62,374 bases of DNA from Actinomycetes bacterium (lineage in GTDB: Bacteria; Actinomycetota; Actinomycetes; S36-B12; UBA5976). The DNA lies in NCBI GenBank assembly GCA_014190035.1, contig BJFU01000003.1, forward strand, positions 1 to 62,374, given 5' to 3'. Of the stretch, positions 10,271 to 20,218 are shown piece after piece (position 1 is the first letter of the stretch; each line of letters opens with the position of its first letter). A program made the position numbers and the translations under genes. The notes under the pieces were generated by a model that saw only the letters and a list, made by a program, of their open reading frames with translations, had not been told where the DNA came from and did not search any database.

Positions 10271-10995
10271 TCACTTAACCAAGCAACTGTGGCATTTCTT
10301 CCAGTCACTGGATCTCTTCTGAAAGAAAACAATTCGGCAGTATCAAAGGTACAAATATTTAGATCTGTGGTTTTGATTTGGTACTGGGCAAGTTGATGTT
10401 TAACACCTTTTCGAATATCAACTGCTAATTGTCCATCGGCAAGTTTTACTGCTGCACTTGGTTCAATATCTTTTACTTCGTCAAATCTTTCTTGGGTGGC
10501 AATAAAATTTTTAGCACTAATTGTTGGTCCAATAATTGCCTTTAGGTTTTCTGGTTCTGCACCTAAATCAAACATTCCTTCAACCGCGTTTGCCACTACC
10601 CCAACTAACATTCCTTGCCAACCAGCATGAACAACTCCAACCACGTGAGCTATTGGATCAACTAAAACAATTGGTGCACAATCTGCTGACATGATTACTA
10701 AACCTAAATTAGTTTCTCTAGTAACCAATGCATCTGTATCGGGATGAACTTCAGGAAATTCTGACTTGACGTTAACCACATTTGGTGAATGAGTGGCACC
10801 TATAAAAACTAAAGGCATTGCTAAATGTTCAGCTAGTATTTCTCGGTTTTTTAAAACATCTGATTCAGTGTCTTTAACGTGATCTGCAACGTTTAAGGAA
10901 TCGTAAGGTTTTTTGCTGATTCCACCTTGGCGGCCAAAGAAACCCCAGTTTGCTTTGCCTGACTTACCAGATGAAATCGGTGTAGGCACCGACAT
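10267..10995 (-). CDS. pgeF: YfiH/PgeF family peptidoglycan editing factor / purine nucleoside enzyme
   Basis: DALVT, SADCAPI, HAGWQG, FSFRR motifs; directly after ftsZ. Confidence 0.92.
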   Translation of the reverse strand: MSVPTPISSGKSGKANWGFFGRQGGISKKPYDSLNVADHVKDTESDVLKNREILAEHLAMPLVFIGATHSPNVVNVKSEFPEVHPDTDALVTRETNLGLVIMSADCAPIVLVDPIAHVVGVVHAGWQGMLVGVVANAVEGMFDLGAEPENLKAIIGPTISAKNFIATQERFDEVKDIEPSAAVKLADGQLAVDIRKGVKHQLAQYQIKTTDLNICTFDTAELFSFRRDPVTGRNATVAWLSE

Positions 10996-11002
10996 GTTTT
11001 GG

Positions 11003-12157
11003 CTACTTTAAGAAATCCGGTACATCAAGATCGTCACTTGGGGTGTCATCAAAAACAACTCTTCTTGGAGTTGAAGCAGTTGAAGCATTAAATGTTGAAC
11101 CAACTGCAGGTTGAGGGCCTGTGTCATCTGTTGATCTAGCAACAAATGATGGAATTTCTGGTTCTGAATTTGTAACTGCATGAATAGAACTTCTGCGCAC
11201 TGATGCTAAATCTTTATCAGCAAAACCTGCAGCAATTACAGTTACTCGTACTTCATCACCGAGTGTGTCATCAATTACTGCACCAAAAATAATGTTTGCT
11301 TCTGTTGAGGCCACGTTTTGAACCAAACGTGCTGCTTCGTTAATTTCAAACAAACCTAAATCAGATCCACCAGCAATGGAAAGTAGAACACCTTTTGCTC
11401 CTTGGATATCTGCTTCCAGCAATGGCGAAGCGATTGCGTTCTGAGCAGCAATTGAAGCTCTGTTTTCGCCTCGTGCTGAACCAATTCCCATTAATGCAGT
11501 TCCTGCTCCTGCCATCACACTTCGAACATCAGCAAAGTCAAGGTTGATTAAACCTGGAGTAGTAATTAAATCTGTAATGCCACTTACTCCTTGTAGGAGA
11601 ACATGATCTGCTTGCCTAAAAGCATCAATTACTGAAATGTTTCGATCAGAAAGTGAAAGGAGTCGATCATTTGGAATAACGATTAATGTGTCAACTTCAT
11701 TTCTTAAAGCTTCAACACCGATTTCTGCTTGGGTGATGCGACGCTTTCCTTCAAAATTAAATGGCTTTGTAACAACACCAATAGTTAGAGCACCAACTTC
11801 TTTAGCCACTCTTGCGACAACGGGTGCTCCACCAGTTCCTGTTCCGCCACCTTCGCCAGCGGTAACAAAAACCATGTCAGAGCCTTTTAAAACATCTCTT
11901 AATTCTTCGATGTGATCTTCGGCAGCTTGGCGACCAACTGAAGGATCAGCTCCTGCACCTAAACCACGAGTTAATTCACGACCAATATCTAATTTGACAT
12001 CTGCATCACTCATTAATAGAGCTTGTGCGTCTGTATTTATTGCAACAAATTCAACGCCTTTTAATCCGGCTTCAATCATTCGATTTACTGCGTTAACGCC
12101 ACCGCCACCAATACCAACAACTTTGATAATTGCGAGATAGTTTTGCGGAGCAACCAC
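11003..12157 (-). CDS. ftsZ: Cell division protein FtsZ (start taken at GTG 12157 rather than 12178)
   Basis: GGGTGTG tubulin signature, NLDFAD, C-terminal DLDVPDFLK; GGGGGAAA RBS before the GTG. Confidence 0.98.
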   Translation of the reverse strand: MVAPQNYLAIIKVVGIGGGGVNAVNRMIEAGLKGVEFVAINTDAQALLMSDADVKLDIGRELTRGLGAGADPSVGRQAAEDHIEELRDVLKGSDMVFVTAGEGGGTGTGGAPVVARVAKEVGALTIGVVTKPFNFEGKRRITQAEIGVEALRNEVDTLIVIPNDRLLSLSDRNISVIDAFRQADHVLLQGVSGITDLITTPGLINLDFADVRSVMAGAGTALMGIGSARGENRASIAAQNAIASPLLEADIQGAKGVLLSIAGGSDLGLFEINEAARLVQNVASTEANIIFGAVIDDTLGDEVRVTVIAAGFADKDLASVRRSSIHAVTNSEPEIPSFVARSTDDTGPQPAVGSTFNASTASTPRRVVFDDTPSDDLDVPDFLK

Positions 12158-12175
12158 GTTTATTTCCCCCTGTTT

Positions 12176-12208
12176 CAACTCTTAACCTCAACTTGAGGCT
12201 AAAAGTTG
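12176..12208. promoter_or_regulatory. Imperfect palindrome upstream of ftsZ, probable MerR-type (FtsR-like) operator
   Basis: CAACTcttaaCCTCAAcTTGAGGctaaaAGTTG dyad immediately upstream of the ftsZ RBS. Confidence 0.55.
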
Positions 12209-12370
12209 TTGCGCGTGTTAAGCGAAGAGAATTTAGACGTCAACTGGGACTTCACCAAGCACGCGACTCGGCGTGTTGCTCATATATAAGTAGTGCCGTA
12301 AAAACAGACACAGAGTCAATAGAGTTGGCTTAACAAACTAGAAAAGCAATAAAAGGGGTTTTGAACTTAC

Positions 12371-13501
12371 ATGCATTTAGTTGTGCCTAAAGAAACAAGA
12401 TCTGGCGAAAAAAGAGTAGCTGCTGCTCCTGCCACTATTGCCAAATTAATCAAACTTGGATTTGAAGTAACAGTAGAAAGTGATGCAGGTTTAACTGCCC
12501 TTTTCACAAATGAAAATTATCAAGAAGCTGGCGCAAAAGTAACTACAGATATTTCCAGTGCAATTAAAAATGCAGATGTTGTTGCATCAGTTGGAACACT
12601 TCCTGCAAATCTCTCATCTTCACTGAAGTCTGGTGCAGTTTGTTTATCTTTTGCTCAAGCTAAACGAGATAAAGAAAATATCGCAGCAATTGCTAAAGCA
12701 AAAGCCACATTATTGTCTTTTGATTTCGTACCAAGAATTTCACGTGCCCAAAGTGCAGATGCTTTAACTTCACAAGCAACTGTTTCTGGTTATCACACCA
12801 TGGTTACTGCAGCTTCACTTTTGCCAAAAATGTTTCCTCTAGTAATGACCGCTTCTGGAACAATTAGACCCTCTAAAGTTTTGGTTATTGGAGCAGGTGT
12901 TGCCGGATTACAAGTTATGGCAACAGCAAAAAAACTTGGAGCAATAGTTTCTGGCTACGACGTAAGAACTGCCAGCAAAGATGAAGTTAAATCTGTTGGT
13001 GCCACATTTATAGAACTAGATCTTCCAGTTGTGGAAGGAAGTGGCGGTTATGCCAAAGAAATGGATCAAGAACGCACAAAATTACAACAAGAACTATTAA
13101 CTCCTTACATAACTGCAACTGATGTCTTAGTAACCACTGCCGCTGTTCCTGGAAGACCAGCGCCAAGACTTGTAACTTCAGCAATGCTTAAAGGAATGAA
13201 ATACGGATCTGTGATTGCAGATATGGCAGCTGAAAATGGTGGCAACGTTGAAGGTTCAGTTGCTGGCCAAATTGTGGATGTAAACGGAGTGAAAATTTGG
13301 GGTGGGCAAAACATTGCTTCTGCCATGGCACCTGATGCTTCTTTTCTTTTTGCAGGAAACGTAATCTCTCTACTTTCTTTCATCGTTAAAGAAGGCGCAA
13401 TCGTTATAGATAAAGAAGATGAAGTTGTCAAAGGAAGTGCCTTAGTAATCAATGGTGAAATAACAAATGAATTCGTTAAAACCGAACTAGGACAGGGGTA
13501 A
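12371..13501 (+). CDS. pntAa: NAD(P) transhydrogenase alpha subunit part 1 (domain I)
   Basis: VPKE...EKRVA, PRISRAQ..DAL, GAGVAGL, GGYAK, GGNVEGS. Confidence 0.95.
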   Translation: MHLVVPKETRSGEKRVAAAPATIAKLIKLGFEVTVESDAGLTALFTNENYQEAGAKVTTDISSAIKNADVVASVGTLPANLSSSLKSGAVCLSFAQAKRDKENIAAIAKAKATLLSFDFVPRISRAQSADALTSQATVSGYHTMVTAASLLPKMFPLVMTASGTIRPSKVLVIGAGVAGLQVMATAKKLGAIVSGYDVRTASKDEVKSVGATFIELDLPVVEGSGGYAKEMDQERTKLQQELLTPYITATDVLVTTAAVPGRPAPRLVTSAMLKGMKYGSVIADMAAENGGNVEGSVAGQIVDVNGVKIWGGQNIASAMAPDASFLFAGNVISLLSFIVKEGAIVIDKEDEVVKGSALVINGEITNEFVKTELGQG

Positions 13502-13505
13502 TTAG

Positions 13506-13811
13506 ATGAGTATCGAAATTGCCTTACTAACAATATTTATTTTGAGTATCTTTGTGGGCTTTGAAGTTGTTTCTAAAGTTTCCACAATTTTGCACACTCC
13601 CCTGATGTCTGGTGCAAATGCAATTCACGGTGTGATTTTGGTCGGCGCAATTATTGTTACCGGTCATGCAGATAACAATTTGGAATTAACACTTGGTTTA
13701 GTTGCGATAGTGCTAGCAACCATCAACATGGTTGGTGGATTTGTGGTAACTGATCGAATGCTTGAGTTATTTAAATCAAAGAAATCAACAAAAGCTGGTG
13801 ACAAGAAATGA
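13506..13811 (+). CDS. pntAb: NAD(P) transhydrogenase alpha subunit part 2 (membrane)
   Basis: LHTPLMSGANAIHG and GGFVVTDRML motifs. Confidence 0.95.
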   Translation: MSIEIALLTIFILSIFVGFEVVSKVSTILHTPLMSGANAIHGVILVGAIIVTGHADNNLELTLGLVAIVLATINMVGGFVVTDRMLELFKSKKSTKAGDKK

Positions 13812-15184
13812 TTCCAGCCTGGTCACAAATAGCTAACTTAGGTGCAGCCCTTGCATTCATTTTGGCATTGAAAGCCTTATCTTCACCAAAAACTGCACGA
13901 CTAGGTAATCGCATTGGAGCAGTTGGTGCAATTGCTGCAGTAGCAATTGTTTTCTTTTCTGAAAGTAATCTAAAACATTTACCGCTTATTTTGATTGCTG
14001 TTGCTTTTGGAACAATAGTTGGCATTGTTGCAGCGAAAAAAGTTCAAATGACTCAGATGCCACAAATGGTTGCTTTATTTAACGGTGTGGGTGGTGGAGC
14101 TGCAATGGCGGTTTCCTCAATTGAATTCTTAAAAGCCGGAGCAACAGATGGTTTTGTTGCATTGTTTGCAACAGTCTTCACAGTTGTTATCGGTTCCATT
14201 TCATTCACAGGTTCCATTGTTACGTTTTTGAAATTGCAAGAATTAATGACTTCTCGCCCAGTTGTTTTACCTTTAGGCCGATTCATAACTATTGGTACAG
14301 CATTGGCCACACTTGTTATGTCAGTTTATTTAATGATCTTCCCAGAAATCTGGGCGTTATGGACTTTGGTTGCTTTATCGCTGGTAATGGGAATTTTGTT
14401 TGTACTTCCTGTTGGAGGTGCAGATGTTCCAATCGTGATCAGTTTGTTAAACGCATTCACTGGTTTATCTGTAGCTGCAAGTGGTTATGTATTAGACAAC
14501 GTTTTGTTATTGGTTGCAGGAACTCTGGTGGGAGCATCTGGAACATTGCTAACTCAATTAATGGCAAAAGCAATGGGTCGACCACTTACTTCAACATTGT
14601 TTGGCGCATTTACCGCAAAAGCTTCAACAGCTACAGCTTCTGCAGTTGATCGTCCCGTTAAAAGTGCAGGTCCAACAGATATTGCCATCATGCTTACCTA
14701 TGCCACAAAAGTAATTATCGTTCCAGGCTATGGATTAGCAGTTGCTCAAGCTCAACAATCTTTAAGAGAACTTGTTGATTTACTTATTTCAAAAGGTGTT
14801 GAAGTTGAATATGCAATTCATCCAGTTGCTGGACGAATGCCAGGACACATGAACGTGTTACTTGCTGAAGCAGATGTTCCTTATGAACAACTAAAGGAAA
14901 TGGATGAGATTAACTCAGAGTTTGCTAACGCCAGTGTTGCTGTAGTAGTGGGAGCAAACGATGTTGTAAATCCAGCTGCCAGAACTGATAAGTCTTCTCC
15001 AATTTTTGGAATGCCAATCTTAAACGCTGATCAAGCAGAACAAGTTGTGTTCATGAAACGTTCCATGAGACCAGGATTTGCTGGAGTAGAAAATGAATTG
15101 CTTTTCAACGACAAAACTACCTTGTTATTTGGTGATGCTAAAGATTCTCTTTCCAAGGTAGTTGCTGCTGTTAAGTCGATGTAG
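13808..15184 (+). CDS. pntB: NAD(P) transhydrogenase beta subunit
   Basis: MTQMPQMVALFNG, GGADVP, PGYGLAVAQAQ, HPVAGRMPGHMNVLLAEA. Confidence 0.97.
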   Translation: MIPAWSQIANLGAALAFILALKALSSPKTARLGNRIGAVGAIAAVAIVFFSESNLKHLPLILIAVAFGTIVGIVAAKKVQMTQMPQMVALFNGVGGGAAMAVSSIEFLKAGATDGFVALFATVFTVVIGSISFTGSIVTFLKLQELMTSRPVVLPLGRFITIGTALATLVMSVYLMIFPEIWALWTLVALSLVMGILFVLPVGGADVPIVISLLNAFTGLSVAASGYVLDNVLLLVAGTLVGASGTLLTQLMAKAMGRPLTSTLFGAFTAKASTATASAVDRPVKSAGPTDIAIMLTYATKVIIVPGYGLAVAQAQQSLRELVDLLISKGVEVEYAIHPVAGRMPGHMNVLLAEADVPYEQLKEMDEINSEFANASVAVVVGANDVVNPAARTDKSSPIFGMPILNADQAEQVVFMKRSMRPGFAGVENELLFNDKTTLLFGDAKDSLSKVVAAVKSM

Positions 15185-15219
15185 ATGAAAGATCTCTACA
15201 GAATAAGAAGTTAGAAAAT

Positions 15220-16146
15220 ATGGCTGATGACAAGTTAGTTGCCGTTAAAGTTGCTGATATTGGAAATCAGTTACCAAATCATGTCTCCCCTAGTCAGTTA
15301 TCAAGCTTTGATCGATGTTCTCTTGCATATTGGTTTTCCTCTGTTGCAGGTTGGCGAGAACCAGCTGGTTTACCCCAAATTATTGGCACATTAGTTCACG
15401 ATGTTTTAGAAAACTTTTTAAAGATAAAAGCTGAAAACAGAACTAAAGAAGCAGCTTGGAATATGCTGCGTGATACTGGTGAAGTAGTAATAAACAACAA
15501 CAAGTCTTGGTTGACCGAAGAAGATTTAGTCACACTTAAAGATAAAAGTGCTGAGTCTCTCAAAGGTTATTTTGATCTTGAAGATCCAACTCAATTAGAA
15601 ATTGATTTAGAAGACCTAGAAAGACCTGTAACTGCCATATTTGAATCAGTAAAACTTTATGGACGCCTTGATCGAATGACTAGAGATGGCGTTGTCAGAA
15701 TTACTGACTACAAAACTTCAAAAAGACCTGCACCTCAATACTTAACCGATTCCCTTCGTCAAGTGATGCTTTATGCCGCAGGTTTAAAGGAAAATGGTTT
15801 AGAAGTTGGAGAAGTAGAACTAATTTATTTACCAGGCAGAGATCGCGTTAGAAGACCAACCTATAAATCAGCACTTGATAGAGCTGTTCAACATTTAGTT
15901 ACCACCAGAAGAAAAATGGATTCTTCTTTAACAAAACAAACCTGGATGGCCAATCCGGGAAGTCCTTGTAAGTCGTGTGCCTTTGTTAAAGCTTGTCCTG
16001 CTAAAACTGCAAAAGCTCCAATTCCTGGAACAAAAGAATCAGAAGACTTATTACAAACTCTAAATCTTGAAAAAAGAGTTAGATCTAAATCAAGTAATGC
16101 AACTTCTGGAATGGAAATGCTGCCCTTTGGTGAAGAAGCACAATGA
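15220..16146 (+). CDS. RecB/AddB/Cas4-like PD-(D/E)XK nuclease with predicted 4Fe-4S staple
   Basis: SPSQLSSFDRC, GTLVHDVLE, GRLDR..ITDYKT, QVMLYA, CKSCAFVKAC. Confidence 0.85.
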   Translation: MADDKLVAVKVADIGNQLPNHVSPSQLSSFDRCSLAYWFSSVAGWREPAGLPQIIGTLVHDVLENFLKIKAENRTKEAAWNMLRDTGEVVINNNKSWLTEEDLVTLKDKSAESLKGYFDLEDPTQLEIDLEDLERPVTAIFESVKLYGRLDRMTRDGVVRITDYKTSKRPAPQYLTDSLRQVMLYAAGLKENGLEVGEVELIYLPGRDRVRRPTYKSALDRAVQHLVTTRRKMDSSLTKQTWMANPGSPCKSCAFVKACPAKTAKAPIPGTKESEDLLQTLNLEKRVRSKSSNATSGMEMLPFGEEAQ

Positions 16147-18002
16147 CCACTCAAATTCCACAAGAATGGAAACCAGGTTTTCCAGTAACTAACGCAGGTT
16201 TCTTAAGAATTTCTGCCTCACAAGTTGGTGCTGAGGAAAACAGAGCTTGTAATGATTTTATTTCTCTTAAGTCTCGTCCTGCAGCAAAAATTGGTGAAGG
16301 CTACATGCAACTTCGCTATCCCCCATTTGAATCTTTTCCTCTTGGAATTGTGCGTGATGCATTACTTGCCACAATTAACAACGACAAAGTAATTCATGAA
16401 TTTGAAGACATGGACGATATTGCAGAAAATGCAATCACTGAAGCAATTAGTAAAACTCGGGGCAAGGTTGAGAAGTCTCACAAACTGTGGGCCATAGATG
16501 CCCTTATTGGTTACCTAACTGCCTGGGAAAAAGCAAGAAAGGAAGATATAGCAAACAACATAGATTTCACAGACTTAGAAGTTATTCAAGCATTTGATGA
16601 AACAGAAAATTCTCATACTGAATGGTTTGCTTGGGGAATTTATTTAACTTCTAGTGATGGAAAAATTAGAGAATTTAGAGCCTTAAAGTTTTCTAAAGCA
16701 GGATTAACTCCATTAAATCCAATAAGAGCCGGTGTGATTGCACGAATTCTTGCTGATGGAGTTCCGCACAGTGAACCAAGTTGGAGTTCTCCCCGAGATC
16801 CAATTTATAAAGTATTAAAACCTGCTGAACATGTCAGAATCAGAGAAATTGGATGTCTTGATTCAAGTCAAGCAATTGTCTTAGAAGCAAGTGTTGCTGA
16901 AGCAAGAAAAATGTTTGTAGAAAAAGCTTTACCAATTGTTATTGAAAGAGTTCAAGGAGGAACGCAAAAACCTGGACCAAGTTGTCGAGGATGTCGCGCC
17001 AACACAATGTGTGAGACATTACCTAACCGCCCAGGCCTATTAGGAATTACAGCGTTTGCTCCTTGGCCTAAGGCATATTCACCATCCAAATTTCACACCT
17101 ATAGAAGATGTCCTCGTCAATATTTCTTACAAGATGAACTGGGTTTAAGAACTAAACCAGAAAGTCAAAACTCAGCCCAACAAAGAGGTTTACTAGTTCA
17201 TGCGTGGTTGGAACAAGCACATAAGAGATCTCTTGAATGTTCCAAAGAAGATTTACCAACTAATTCAACTTTAGGAGTTATTGCAACTGAACTTGGTTGG
17301 AATCAAGATGAAGCAAATGTTGCCTTGCCTTTTCTATCCCAACATCAATTTACTTGTCCAATAAATAAATCATCCAAAGTAGCAACCGAAATATCTGTTG
17401 AAGCCCTAGATACTGATGCTGATATTTCAATAAGCACCAGGCCAGATCTTATTTACAAGAATGGTGATGATTTGGTGTGGCGAGAAATGAAAACAGTTTC
17501 AAGCATTAAAGATTTAGAAAATGAAATTTACTTCAATATCTATCCTCAATTACCTTTAGCCATCAGACTCATGGTCGAAAATGCCATCCCAAAAAATGTC
17601 ATGGAAAAACTTGGTGAGTACAAAAACAAACGAGTTGAATTAGAACTAATTTCACCCGATGAGTGCAAAACCATAACTTGGGATTGTGATGACGAAAAAG
17701 TAAAACTTTCTGCTTGGTCACAATTAGCTGAACAAGTTGATAATTGGGCCAGTGACACACTCTTTGCTCCATCAGCTAATCCGCCTTGTAATTGGTGCAA
17801 AGTAAGTCAATGGTGTGAATTCGCAAATGCTGAATTAGTTAAAGCCGATATTGGTGGACTGCAAGTTGATTTGAAGACCGGGGAAATAATTGAAAACGCA
17901 TCAATTCCCTTGATTAGTAATGATGATCGTGTTGCAAAGGCGTTAGGACTAGCGGCTTCCTTGGCTGAAGTTAGTGAAAATGATGAAGATATTCCTTTCT
18001 AA
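16143..18002 (+). CDS. Two-domain PD-(D/E)XK (Cas4/AddB-like) protein with SSB-like acidic tail
   Basis: N-half ISASQ..C...CRGCRANTMC; C-half YSPSKFHTYRRCPRQY, GLLVHAWLE, RPDL..WREMKT, CNWCKVSQWC; ends NDEDIPF; ATGA overlap with the upstream nuclease. Confidence 0.75.
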   Translation: MTTQIPQEWKPGFPVTNAGFLRISASQVGAEENRACNDFISLKSRPAAKIGEGYMQLRYPPFESFPLGIVRDALLATINNDKVIHEFEDMDDIAENAITEAISKTRGKVEKSHKLWAIDALIGYLTAWEKARKEDIANNIDFTDLEVIQAFDETENSHTEWFAWGIYLTSSDGKIREFRALKFSKAGLTPLNPIRAGVIARILADGVPHSEPSWSSPRDPIYKVLKPAEHVRIREIGCLDSSQAIVLEASVAEARKMFVEKALPIVIERVQGGTQKPGPSCRGCRANTMCETLPNRPGLLGITAFAPWPKAYSPSKFHTYRRCPRQYFLQDELGLRTKPESQNSAQQRGLLVHAWLEQAHKRSLECSKEDLPTNSTLGVIATELGWNQDEANVALPFLSQHQFTCPINKSSKVATEISVEALDTDADISISTRPDLIYKNGDDLVWREMKTVSSIKDLENEIYFNIYPQLPLAIRLMVENAIPKNVMEKLGEYKNKRVELELISPDECKTITWDCDDEKVKLSAWSQLAEQVDNWASDTLFAPSANPPCNWCKVSQWCEFANAELVKADIGGLQVDLKTGEIIENASIPLISNDDRVAKALGLAASLAEVSENDEDIPF

Positions 18003-18050
18003 ACCAACCCCGAAGGTAAAAAATATCTTTGTTAGTGATTGGATTTAATT

Positions 18051-19556
18051 ATGACAAGTCAAGTTATGCAAGTTCCAGATTCAGTTGCTAATCCAAATAG
18101 TGATGCAACCGCCAAACTTCTTTCTAAAGTACCAACTGGTCTATTAATTGGAGATAAATTCGTTGATGGTTCAAATGAACCATTTAATGTTACAGATCCT
18201 GCTAACGGTGAAGTTCTCACAAAAGTTGCTAATGCAGGCGTTGCAGATTTACAAAAAGCTTTAGACATTGCAGTTGTTGCTCAAGAAAAATGGGCTAAAA
18301 CTGCTCCCAGAGTTCGTGGTGAAGTATTAAGAAAAACTTATGAATTAATGATCGCCCAAGCTGATGACTTAGCAATGTTGATGTCATTAGAAAACGGAAA
18401 GACTTTGGTTGACGCAAAAGCCGAAGTTACCTATGCTGCTGAATTTTTTAGATGGTTCTCTGAAGAAGCAGTAAGAATTGATGGATCAATTAGAAACGCA
18501 CCAAGTGGTGCTAACCGAATTTTGACTTACAAACAACCAATAGGAATTGCATTCTTAATTACTCCTTGGAATTTTCCAGCAGCTATGTACACCAGAAAAG
18601 TTGGTGCAGCTCTTGCTGCAGGTTGTGCTGCCATATTGAAACCAGCATCAGAGACTCCGCTAACTGCATTGGCAATCAGCAAGATCATGTTAGAAGCAGG
18701 TGCTCTTCCTGGAACCGTTTCAGTTTTGCAAACAAATCAACCAGGTCCATTAACTGATGCAGCTCTGGCAGATGAAAGAGTTGGCAAATTATCTTTCACC
18801 GGTTCCACTGGAATTGGCAAAATGCTATTGAAAAAAGCAGCCGAAAGAGTTTTGAATTGTTCTATGGAACTAGGCGGTAACGCTCCGTTCATTGTGCTTG
18901 ATGATGCAGATATTGATGCAGCAATTGATGGCGCCATGATTGCCAAAATGCGTAATGGTGGTCAAGCATGCACCGCGGCAAATAGATTCTTTGTGCAAGA
19001 AAAAGTGCACGATGAATTCGTAACCAAACTGGCCCAACGAATGGGTGCATTAAAAGTAGGTCATGGAACTTCTACTGACACAAGTCTTGCTCCGCTCGTA
19101 AACAGAAAAGCTGTTGGTTCAGTTGGAGAATTAGTAAATGATGCAATTAGTAAAGGTGCTACCCAAATAGTTGGCGGAACACCTTCTCCAGGTCCTGGTT
19201 GTTATTTTCCAGCCACAGTTTTAGGAAATGTTTCAGCTGATGCCAAGATAATTTCTGAGGAAGTATTTGGTCCAGTTGCAGCAGTTGTAAAAGTAAAAGA
19301 TGAAGCTGAAGCACTCAAGATTTCAAACAAATCAGAATATGGTTTGGCCGGTTACATTTACACCAAAGATCTTGCAAGAGGATTAAAGTTAAGTGAAGCC
19401 TTACAAGTTGGAATGATTGGTCTTAATCGTGGTTTAGTTTCAGATCCTTCAGCACCATTTGGTGGTGTTAAACAATCTGGATTAGGTCGTGAAGGTGGCT
19501 ATGAAGGAATTGATGAATATCTAGAGATTAAGTACGTAGCAACAAACGATTTTTAA
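18051..19556 (+). CDS. gabD: NAD(P)-dependent succinate-semialdehyde dehydrogenase (start taken at ATG 18051)
   Basis: ITPWNFP, SFTGST, MELGGNAP, GQAC, EEVFGP, PFGGVKQSGLGREG. Confidence 0.88.
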   Translation: MTSQVMQVPDSVANPNSDATAKLLSKVPTGLLIGDKFVDGSNEPFNVTDPANGEVLTKVANAGVADLQKALDIAVVAQEKWAKTAPRVRGEVLRKTYELMIAQADDLAMLMSLENGKTLVDAKAEVTYAAEFFRWFSEEAVRIDGSIRNAPSGANRILTYKQPIGIAFLITPWNFPAAMYTRKVGAALAAGCAAILKPASETPLTALAISKIMLEAGALPGTVSVLQTNQPGPLTDAALADERVGKLSFTGSTGIGKMLLKKAAERVLNCSMELGGNAPFIVLDDADIDAAIDGAMIAKMRNGGQACTAANRFFVQEKVHDEFVTKLAQRMGALKVGHGTSTDTSLAPLVNRKAVGSVGELVNDAISKGATQIVGGTPSPGPGCYFPATVLGNVSADAKIISEEVFGPVAAVVKVKDEAEALKISNKSEYGLAGYIYTKDLARGLKLSEALQVGMIGLNRGLVSDPSAPFGGVKQSGLGREGGYEGIDEYLEIKYVATNDF

Positions 19557-20218
19557 GGTTTAACTACCGGCACTTCTGGTGTTGAAACATCATAAGTAGA
19601 ACCAGCCATTCTTCGTAATACTTTCAAAACAGCACTTTTTTCTTGAGCCTTATCAATATTGCCCCACAAAACTTTGCGTCCATTTGTCATCATTAGCCAC
19701 ATTGAATTTGGATTATCAGCATTAGTCGAAACTATTTCTGCTTTCAACCAATCTGGAAAACTTTGCCAAACTAAAATACTTGATGCTCTTGATTGATCAT
19801 CTGGTCCACTTACTAAAGGAAAATTCGCTTCAGCTGGTGCTGGAAGATATGGAAAACCTGTTACATCAACTAGAAATCTTCCTTCAGGAATATCTGTTAT
19901 GGCAAGAGGTGTTCTTTCACTAATTTCAATCACTAATGTTGAGGGCCAGCCTCTTCTAACTTCTGCACGACCAATTTGAGAAATTGTTTTCAATCTTTCA
20001 ACGACAGTTGTTGTAGGAACTCTTAGAAGTTGAGTATTTAAGGAGACTTGAGCAGTATCTGAAATCAATTGCACAGGAACTTCATTGGCTCCCCTGATTT
20101 CAATGTTTTTAACAATGAGAAGGTTTGAATACCAACCAATATAAAGAATTGTGGAAGTTATCGCGGCAATTACAACTACTGCGAAAATAATTCTTCGACG
20201 AATGTGACTTTTTATCAC
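19553..20218 (-). CDS. ftsQ: Cell division protein FtsQ
   Basis: N-terminal TM, POTRA domain (VRRGWPSTLVIEISERTP), C-terminal YDVSTP; follows murC. Confidence 0.9.
   Translation of the reverse strand: MIKSHIRRRIIFAVVVIAAITSTILYIGWYSNLLIVKNIEIRGANEVPVQLISDTAQVSLNTQLLRVPTTTVVERLKTISQIGRAEVRRGWPSTLVIEISERTPLAITDIPEGRFLVDVTGFPYLPAPAEANFPLVSGPDDQSRASSILVWQSFPDWLKAEIVSTNADNPNSMWLMMTNGRKVLWGNIDKAQEKSAVLKVLRRMAGSTYDVSTPEVPVVKP

Noticed and set aside
15185-18050. CRISPR-Cas or mobile element around the Cas4-like genes
   Set aside because: No repeat-spacer array, cas1/cas2, integrase, transposase or terminal repeats were found.
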